Made by a program: the position numbers and the translations under genes. Shown here piece after piece: positions 57,630-64,000 of a DNA stretch of 64,000 nucleotides; position 1 is the stretch's first letter; every line of letters begins with the position of its first letter. Source of the DNA: Deltaproteobacteria bacterium CG11_big_fil_rev_8_21_14_0_20_45_16 (GTDB lineage: Bacteria; Bdellovibrionota; UBA2394). Below the pieces are notes generated by a model, which did no database searches, had not been told where the DNA came from, and worked only from the letters and a program-made list of their open reading frames with translations. Location: contig PCXB01000037.1 in NCBI GenBank assembly GCA_002787535.1, forward strand, positions 3,814 to 67,813, written 5' to 3'.

Positions 57630-58856
57630 TCAATATAAAATTCTGGTCTTAATACTTGTTGGTAGCTTTTTGATTCTTTCTTTCACAACATCCGAAACAT
57701 TCCGGTCCACATCCATAATTAAATAGCCAATATCCGGATCGGTCGAAAGCTGTTGGCCTTGAATATTAGCCCCCTCTTCCGAAATTATTTTATTAATTTC
57801 AACCAAGACTCCCGGACGATTTTCGTGAATATTCAATATCCGATGACTATCGTCTCGCACCGACTGCTCCACCTGAGGAAAATTCACGGATAATTTTGTA
57901 CTTCCTTCGTTGATATATCGAAGCAAGCTGGCCCCAACTTCCTGGCCAATTTTAAACTGTGCCTCTTCGGTGCTTCCGCCAATGTGTGGCGTAAGGATTA
58001 CATTCGGCAAACCCTGAAGAGAACTTCTAAAAATGTCTTCGTTTTTTTCTGGCTCTTCCGGAAATACATCAATCGCACAGCCCCCGAGCTGTTTCGACTC
58101 AATCGCTTCCCTGAGAGCTTCGATATCCACAACGCTTCCGCGACTTAGGTTTAATAGGCAAGCCCCCGATTTCATGCTTTTAAGTTCGGCAGCACCAATC
58201 ATGCCTTTGGTTTGCGGGGTTTCGGGAACATGAAGAGTTACAAAATCCGAAACGCTTAGTAAATCTTTTAGAGAATTGCAGACTCGCGAATTTCCAAGAG
58301 GCATTTTGGTCGCAATATCATAAAAATAAACATTCAAACCAAAGCTCTCAGCTAGAATTGAAACTTGAGATCCGATGTTTCCATAACCGACAATGCCGAT
58401 ATTCTTTCCTCGAACCTCATGACAATTCTTCGCCGATTTATTCCATTTGCCCTGATGAAGCAGTGTATTGCGATCCGCAGTTTGCCGTGCGAGGAAAACT
58501 ATTTCCGCCATCACAAGTTCAGCCACACTTCGCGTATTTGAATAAGGAGCATTGAATACTGCCACGCCTCTTTTTTTGGCTTCCAACAAATCTACTTGAT
58601 TCGTTCCGATACAAAAGCAGCCCACCGCCAAAAGTTTTGGCGTCTGTTTTAAGACGTTAGCTGTAAGATGTGTTTTTGAACGAATTCCCAAAATATGAAC
58701 GTCAGCCGCCTGCTCAATGAGTTCCTTTTCAGTCAAGCCACGATCGATTCTAACAACCTTAAACCCGTCCGATTCAAAAGCTTCCTGACCCGAAGTATGC
58801 ACATTTTCAACGAGAAGAATTTTAATTTTATCCTTAGGAAATGAATAGCGCCCCAT
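57630..58856 (-). CDS. serA: D-3-phosphoglycerate dehydrogenase with a C-terminal ACT domain
   Basis: 2-hydroxyacid dehydrogenase NAD-binding motif (GIVGYGNIG), an R/E/H catalytic triad region and a C-terminal ACT domain. 408 aa. Confidence 0.85.
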   Translation of the reverse strand: MGRYSFPKDKIKILLVENVHTSGQEAFESDGFKVVRIDRGLTEKELIEQAADVHILGIRSKTHLTANVLKQTPKLLAVGCFCIGTNQVDLLEAKKRGVAVFNAPYSNTRSVAELVMAEIVFLARQTADRNTLLHQGKWNKSAKNCHEVRGKNIGIVGYGNIGSQVSILAESFGLNVYFYDIATKMPLGNSRVCNSLKDLLSVSDFVTLHVPETPQTKGMIGAAELKSMKSGACLLNLSRGSVVDIEALREAIESKQLGGCAIDVFPEEPEKNEDIFRSSLQGLPNVILTPHIGGSTEEAQFKIGQEVGASLLRYINEGSTKLSVNFPQVEQSVRDDSHRILNIHENRPGVLVEINKIISEEGANIQGQQLSTDPDIGYLIMDVDRNVSDVVKERIKKLPTSIKTRILY

Positions 58857-58866
58857 TATTTAAAGC

Positions 58867-59284
58867 CTACCCAGTGCCGAGAAGCCTTTCAATGAGATGC
58901 TTATATCTTTCGATGTAGAATAAATAAACAAGTAAGGCAGCCGCCAAGATATAGCAACTAAAGGTAGTGAGCATCCCAGCCACTCTAAATTTCTGCCGTT
59001 TTTGTGAAAGCGCCATAAAATGCAATATCCTCCCACCCGTAAAGCTTAGCCCCGACACATTGATCCATACCTCCGAAATTCCTCGTGAGTCCAAAAGGTA
59101 AAGTGCAGCCAAAAAAAAATGGCGTATACTCATTGAAATTACCAAAAATCCTAATGGCCCGGAGCATCTCGGCGTTTCCACCGTCCCCTAAAGAAACTCG
59201 GTGTCGCCAACGCGTACGAATAACTCGAACGGCCAGAAAGACCATAAACAATAAATGAAAGGCGATATAAAGATAGCTCAGCAC
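58867..59284 (-). pseudogene. MAPEG-family (YecN-like) membrane protein disrupted by a frameshift in a T9 homopolymer
   Basis: The N-terminal frame (GDGGNAEMLRAIRIFGNFNEYTPFF) and the C-terminal frame (LAALYLL...GRILHFMA...) together align to a YecN/MAPEG-like protein as I recall it. The frames switch at the A9 run (plus strand 59111-59119); an 8-nt run would restore a single 139-aa ORF. Confidence 0.6.
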
Positions 59285-59296
59285 AAATTGGCTCCA

Positions 59297-59854
59297 CTAC
59301 TCCTGATCGGATTCAATTGCTGCGTCCTCTTTGGGGACCGGACTTGCCGACTTGGAAGCTCCAGCTGTCTTTTGCTTAGCCTCTTCCTCAGCCTTTTTCA
59401 CAGCTTCCTCTTCGGCCAAACGCTTGGCCGCTTCGATATCTGCCTTCTCTTTCTTTGTGAGATTTCGATCTCTCTCAGCCTCTTCGGCAGCCGCTTCAGT
59501 TGCCCTCTGCCTCTCGGCAGCTTTCTTATCATTGGCAATATCACGTCGCATCTTTCGACGCATCCCCTGATCTTCGCCTAAGGATCCCGCAGCTTCGTCC
59601 CGAGACTTTCTTTCTTTCTCAAGCTTGTTTTGCAGCTCCTTATATTCTTTGGAACTAAGACCATGCTTGGTTTGAACTTCATCTAGCTGATCTCTTAAAT
59701 CCTTAATCTGTCTATTGTGCTCAAGGATTTGCTGACCAGCCGTTTTCTCTGTCTCGCCTGAGTTTTGAGCCGAAGCCGTACCTAAAATAATAATCCCAGC
59801 AAATAAAAGCTGGCTGCATTTTTTCATAGTCAATCCTCCAATCGATACGGCCAA
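59297..59854 (-). CDS. Secreted, highly charged K/E/A-rich coiled-coil protein
   Basis: Signal peptide, then low-complexity charged repeats (AEEEAVKKAEEEAKQK). Confidence 0.35.
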   Translation of the reverse strand: MAVSIGGLTMKKCSQLLFAGIIILGTASAQNSGETEKTAGQQILEHNRQIKDLRDQLDEVQTKHGLSSKEYKELQNKLEKERKSRDEAAGSLGEDQGMRRKMRRDIANDKKAAERQRATEAAAEEAERDRNLTKKEKADIEAAKRLAEEEAVKKAEEEAKQKTAGASKSASPVPKEDAAIESDQE

Positions 59855-59936
59855 TTTTAGCGAGAGTCCCGGTAGAGAGCAAAATCGAATATTGCCTTTC
59901 GTATAGAGCCTTCTTTATCTATGATTAAGCTTATCC

Positions 59937-60932
59937 ATGGACTCTCAGGATCGCGTCACCCAAGCTTGCTTGATCTGCCTTACTTCGATTAGCTTAACCT
60001 TTGCCTTAATCTATACAAAGCCGGCCTTAATGCCTCTGGTCTTTGCCATTTTCCTTTATTATATGCTCAAGCCCGTGCTTCGATTTTTTCAGACGAGGCT
60101 GAAACTCTCCAGAGTTTTCTCATTAGGTTTGAGTTTTAGTATTGGCATCCTCATCATTGGTTTAATTGGCCTTATAATTGCCAATTCAATAGATACAATT
60201 TTAGCAAGCGCGGATTTGTATCGAACGAGAGTTGTGGATTTTGTGGATTGGCTAACTCCTCTTCTGCAATCCAAAGGCATTCCTTTAGACAGCGAAAGCT
60301 GGAGACAGCACATCAACGACTTGCCGGTTTTTTCATGGGTTAGTCACTTTACTCAAAGTCTCGTCGGGATCTTGGGCACCTCCAGCCTTGTTATACTTTT
60401 TTTGATTTTCCTTCTCTTGGGCGAAAGCAAAACAGCTAAACCAAATAAATTGCTTGAAGAAATTGATTCGAGAGTCACGCGCTATGTTTCGATCAAGCTC
60501 TTTATTTCGCTCATGACTTCCATCTGTAGTTTTGGAGCCCTGATGATTACAAGGACTGACCTTGCTTTTATGTTTGCGATTTTGACCTTTTTTCTTAACT
60601 TTGTTCCTACCGTAGGATCCCTTGTAGCAATCGTATTACCGATTCCCGTCATACTACTTCAACACGGTTTCGATTGGCATATCATCGTCAGTCTTTCAGC
60701 TTTGGCGACTATTCAGTTTTTTTTCGGAAACCTCCTGGAGACAAAAATGATGGGCCAAAAGTTTGGTCTTCATCCTATAACCGTAATGGTCTTTTTGATA
60801 TTTTGGGGATTGGTTTGGGGACTACCCGGCATGTTCTTAGCCACGCCCATTACGGCCGTACTTCAGATTATTCTCGCGCGTTTGGACAACACAAAACCAT
60901 TGGCAGAGCTCATGGCCGGGTCGATTCGTTAA
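59937..60932 (+). CDS. AI-2E family transporter (PerM/YdiK-like, UPF0118)
   Basis: Eight TM helices with conserved mid-protein FxxxPxxG-like segments. Length 331 aa. Confidence 0.65.
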   Translation: MDSQDRVTQACLICLTSISLTFALIYTKPALMPLVFAIFLYYMLKPVLRFFQTRLKLSRVFSLGLSFSIGILIIGLIGLIIANSIDTILASADLYRTRVVDFVDWLTPLLQSKGIPLDSESWRQHINDLPVFSWVSHFTQSLVGILGTSSLVILFLIFLLLGESKTAKPNKLLEEIDSRVTRYVSIKLFISLMTSICSFGALMITRTDLAFMFAILTFFLNFVPTVGSLVAIVLPIPVILLQHGFDWHIIVSLSALATIQFFFGNLLETKMMGQKFGLHPITVMVFLIFWGLVWGLPGMFLATPITAVLQIILARLDNTKPLAELMAGSIR

Positions 60933-62049
60933 GATCTTGATCGATCTTGGTGATGGCTTGAGCCGCAAACTCAGCATGTGGCGCTAACCTAAGAGCGATC
61001 TCAAAGTGGTGACGACTCTTTTCAAGTTCCCCAAGTTCAAAACAAATCACGCCGGCATTCATATGAGGTATTAAAAGATTGGGATTCATCTGTAAAACTT
61101 GTTGGGTTATTTCCCGAGCTTCAGACCATTTTCCCTGATAAAGAAGACTTGTTGAAAGGTGTGAGAGAATATCGACATCACCCCTTCTTTCCGTCCTCAA
61201 GCTTTGAAGAATTCTTTCGGCGGCTTCATATTCGCCACATGCGTTTCTAAGGAGGGCAAGATTAAAAAGCGCCTCAGTAAAATTTCGCCGAAATCGAATC
61301 GCATATTGATAGGCTTTGTCGGCGCGACCCAAGAATCCATTCTTAGTAAATTCAAGAGCCGCTTCAAACCAATAGGCGGCATTCCGAGGCTCACTTTGAA
61401 GTTTTTTGAGAACAGCGCGAAGATATCGGGAGGATTTATTTTTAAGTTGTTTCGAAGATTTGAGACCTTCCAAGTGATGAATCACGATTGTGGTAGAATT
61501 GAGCGCACACCCGAGTTGCCGACATGAGGGTTCCAACGTTTCATGAATGGACCGCTCCCACCGAAGTCCTCTGTAATTCCGATAGAGCTTAACCATTTTA
61601 GAGTCATAGAATCCGGAGAAGCCCGCAGCCATCGCTGGATAATCGTCAATATTTGAAAGAGAACGCCAGCCTTTGATGCCAAGGTCATTGGTGTAGTTAC
61701 GTTCAATTAAATCATATGCGTCCACCCCTTGATTGTGCATCGCCCCGATAAGATCTTGATATCCAGGGGGCGTGATAATTTCATCAGCGTCAATAAAGAG
61801 AATCCAATTTCGAGTAGCCTTGGACGCTGCAAAGTTTCGGGCTGCAGCAAAATTATCGCACCATTCGAAATCATACAGCTTGGGATGAAAGCGTGACGCA
61901 ATCTCCCGAGTGCGGTCTTTTGATCCAGTATCAACGACGATAATCTCACCAACTTCTTTAGGAATGGCACTCAGACAGGCCTCTAACAGGCTTTCCTCAT
62001 CTCGAACAATGAGACAGATACTGAGTTTGGCTAGATCGTTTGACGCCAT
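60910..62049 (-). CDS. Family 2 glycosyltransferase with a C-terminal TPR domain
   Basis: GT2 N-terminus (LSICLIVRDEE...VVDTGSKDRT...DADE) and C-terminal TPR repeats. Confidence 0.7.
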   Translation of the reverse strand: MASNDLAKLSICLIVRDEESLLEACLSAIPKEVGEIIVVDTGSKDRTREIASRFHPKLYDFEWCDNFAAARNFAASKATRNWILFIDADEIITPPGYQDLIGAMHNQGVDAYDLIERNYTNDLGIKGWRSLSNIDDYPAMAAGFSGFYDSKMVKLYRNYRGLRWERSIHETLEPSCRQLGCALNSTTIVIHHLEGLKSSKQLKNKSSRYLRAVLKKLQSEPRNAAYWFEAALEFTKNGFLGRADKAYQYAIRFRRNFTEALFNLALLRNACGEYEAAERILQSLRTERRGDVDILSHLSTSLLYQGKWSEAREITQQVLQMNPNLLIPHMNAGVICFELGELEKSRHHFEIALRLAPHAEFAAQAITKIDQDLNESTRP

Positions 62050-62202
62050 AATTACCTATCGGCACCCCACGTCTAACGTTAAGCGTTTATTGCTTAGCTC
62101 AAAGCTAGGGCGTCAAATTAGGGCGCTCCGCAGCTTGTGCACCACGTTTAACGCATTAAGCCATTTTTAAATTTTTATTGGGGAGCGGGGTGTCAGGGGA
62201 TC

Positions 62203-62276
62203 TCGGGGTGAGAGGATTCGAACCTCCGACTTCTACGTCCCGAACGTAGCGCTCTACCAGGCTGAGCCACACCCCG
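62203..62276 (-). tRNA. tRNA-Pro (anticodon CGG)
   Basis: Manually folded cloverleaf: 7-bp acceptor stem CGGGGTG/CACCCCG, anticodon loop TTCGGGA, T-loop TTCGAAT. CCA is not encoded. Confidence 0.85.
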
Positions 62277-62284
62277 ACGAACGT

Positions 62285-62332
62285 GGGGTCAGGGCGGATA
62301 AGTGCCATGTGGCACTTATCCGCCCTGACCCC
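62285..62332. repeat. Perfect 23-bp inverted repeat hairpin between the two tRNA genes
   Basis: GGGGTCAGGGCGGATAAGTGCCA-tg-TGGCACTTATCCGCCCTGACCCC. Confidence 0.5.
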
Positions 62333-62339
62333 TAAAACA

Positions 62340-62426
62340 CGGAGAGGGAGGGATTCGAACCCTCGTAGGCTTTAACACCTAACACGCTTTCCAAGCGTGC
62401 GCCATCAACCACTCGGCCACCTCTCC
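62340..62426 (-). tRNA. tRNA-Ser (anticodon GGA), with a long variable arm
   Basis: Acceptor stem GGAGAGG/CCTCTCC, anticodon loop TTGGAAA, long variable arm, T-loop TTCGAAT. CCA is not encoded. Confidence 0.85.
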
Positions 62427-62478
62427 AAATAGCCCCCAAAATAACTATGAAATGCAACGAAAGGGAATCTAAAAAAAC

Positions 62479-63345
62479 CTACATTCTAAAGCCAATTTCA
62501 CTACCTAGACGCCACTCCGAACGCAATTCGTTCTGGAGATAGCTGCCGCGCCCAGTAATCCTCAATGCTGGATGGAAGAAGTAATCCAGCCCCAACGATC
62601 CAGAGAAGAAAGTGACAATCTGGTTGTTGCCCTCATCAGATTTTCCGCCCGACAGATCGGCCCGTGATTCGAACTGATCCAGCCAAACAATTTTTACCTG
62701 CTGCGTAAACGATACTGCCCGCTCCGGCTTCAACGCCAGATCCAGACGCACTCCAACGGATAAACGATCCGAAAATGCAAAAATAAATCCTGGTCTTACG
62801 GACCATACATCAACGTCCTTGAATCGACTGAAACCTCCGCCAGCATAAACATCCCATCGACCAGAAGCAAAATGTGGCTCGAGGTAATAGCGTTGCGAAG
62901 CCAAAAAATCTGCATCCTGAATGAAACGAGCGGAGGCTTCCATATAGAAATTTCCACCCGCTACTAGTATGTGCCTCATCAAATGCCCCTGATCCACCAA
63001 GCGAGTCCCAGCTTCATATAGCCTAACTTCCCTCAAAAATTCATAGTGTAATTCATTCTTCCGAAAGTATCGGATGCCACCGACTAGCATGAGCTCATAA
63101 CTACTGGAGCGCGAGGCCCTTACATCATCATAAGATGTTCTCAGAAAATAACGAGAAAGATGCTCGTATAGAAACTCTCTACTTTCATGATCATCAGGAT
63201 ACTCGACGATACGACACTCAAGTATCTCCCGACTTCGAGTAAGATCTTCATTCGACCGGTAAAGAGTGACGGCACTTTCATAGCTCTGACATTCGGAGCT
63301 TATCGAACTCAAAAATACAAAATTTAAAATTAAGGCTATGACCAT
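62479..63345 (-). CDS. Hypothetical secreted protein, possible outer-membrane beta-barrel
   Basis: Signal peptide and an alternating aromatic/hydrophobic pattern. Confidence 0.35.
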   Translation of the reverse strand: MVIALILNFVFLSSISSECQSYESAVTLYRSNEDLTRSREILECRIVEYPDDHESREFLYEHLSRYFLRTSYDDVRASRSSSYELMLVGGIRYFRKNELHYEFLREVRLYEAGTRLVDQGHLMRHILVAGGNFYMEASARFIQDADFLASQRYYLEPHFASGRWDVYAGGGFSRFKDVDVWSVRPGFIFAFSDRLSVGVRLDLALKPERAVSFTQQVKIVWLDQFESRADLSGGKSDEGNNQIVTFFSGSLGLDYFFHPALRITGRGSYLQNELRSEWRLGSEIGFRM

Positions 63346-63347
63346 CT

Positions 63348-64000
63348 TTAAGCTGAACAGAGTTGTTGTGTCTGCTCATCTGCCCATTCTGGGCCTAGGA
63401 TAACAGAAGTCACAAGTACTACTTCAGCTTTTTTCGTTTTCTTGGAACGACTCATCAGGGGGCTACAGGTCTTTAGAGAAACAAGTAAGGCCTCAGGTCC
63501 CTGCGAAAATCTTTCGCGCACTTCGTGATCACGAATTCCCTCGAAACTTCTCGCTCTGGGCAGGCCCTTAAAACACGCTTCCATATTAAAGAAGATTTTC
63601 TCCTCGATAGCAGCTTCTCGCTTAAACAAAGTCATCCAGTCCAAAACGAGAAGGTCAAATACGGAACAGCGATAATATTCAAAAAACTTTAGACTTCTAA
63701 ATATCTGAATATAGTCTCGGCTATAAATCTCGATTAAATCCGTCGATTCAATCTGAGAAAATGTATTGCTGCAGGGCTGAAGATTTAATTTCTTAAGAAA
63801 AGCCCAAGTCAGCTGGCGCGCATCAGACAAACTCTGCCGATTCTGTCGCTTAAGCTCCTCGATCAACTCCGCATATAGAATAAAATTTTGAAATATCTTT
63901 CTCTGCGCGCCCTGAGGTAATCGTAAAAAACATTCTTTCGCAAACTCACTTGGTTCCGAATTAAGCGTAAATCCATACGCCCGAAGAACGTTGGAAAAAT
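63348..64000 (-). CDS. Hypothetical protein, 5'-truncated by the window end
   Basis: The reading frame stays open upstream of the annotated TTG at 63866 all the way to position 64000. Confidence 0.35.
   Translation of the reverse strand, partial: FSNVLRAYGFTLNSEPSEFAKECFLRLPQGAQRKIFQNFILYAELIEELKRQNRQSLSDARQLTWAFLKKLNLQPCSNTFSQIESTDLIEIYSRDYIQIFRSLKFFEYYRCSVFDLLVLDWMTLFKREAAIEEKIFFNMEACFKGLPRARSFEGIRDHEVRERFSQGPEALLVSLKTCSPLMSRSKKTKKAEVVLVTSVILGPEWADEQTQQLCSA

Noticed and set aside
1-64000. CRISPR arrays, IS elements, integrases or prophage genes
   Set aside because: I saw no regularly spaced direct repeats, transposase, integrase, or phage structural or terminase motifs anywhere in the window.

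Overview
This is a 64 kb chromosomal window from a Gram-negative bacterium with about 45% GC. It carries OMPLA and several beta-barrel-like outer-membrane proteins. The lineage cannot be assigned from sequence alone; the gene content is compatible with a Bdellovibrio-like or Oligoflexia-like deltaproteobacterium, at low confidence. The window is densely coding and is mostly housekeeping and metabolic genes. From the start: ispG, a CDF metal exporter, an alpha/beta hydrolase, serS and a 1066-aa TPR protein. A complex I cluster encodes only the membrane-arm subunits (nuoA-H-J-K-L-M-N; nuoB-G and nuoI are absent from the locus), diverging from phaR. Then come dksA, coaBC, the OMPLA gene pldA and a DUF3309 micro-ORF. 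A PilZ protein is coupled to a fused isobutyryl-CoA mutase (icmF). grpE is followed by an unknown coupled gene. A UvrD helicase carries a C-terminal Cas4-like Fe-S nuclease. The leucine catabolism operon (MCCase beta, hydratase, MCCase alpha, HMG-CoA lyase) precedes znuACB and the ovothiol synthase ovoA. These are followed by pyrD, map, a rhomboid protease, crcB, an fbpABC-type iron(III) importer, a GlcD-like FAD oxidase and serA. A MAPEG/YecN-like gene is broken by a T9 homopolymer frameshift. Then come an AI-2E transporter, a GT2-TPR glycosyltransferase and tRNA-Ser(GGA) and tRNA-Pro(CGG) separated by a 48-nt perfect palindrome. I found no CRISPR array, transposase, integrase or prophage genes. 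The observations most worth a second look are the membrane-arm-only complex I operon with a co-transcribed TPR protein, the PilZ-icmF coupling and ovoA. The others are the frameshifted MAPEG gene, two long perfect palindromic hairpins and an unidentified roughly 350-nt hairpin-rich noncoding region upstream of the FAD oxidase. All protein assignments come from reading motifs in the supplied translations and none was confirmed by a database search.
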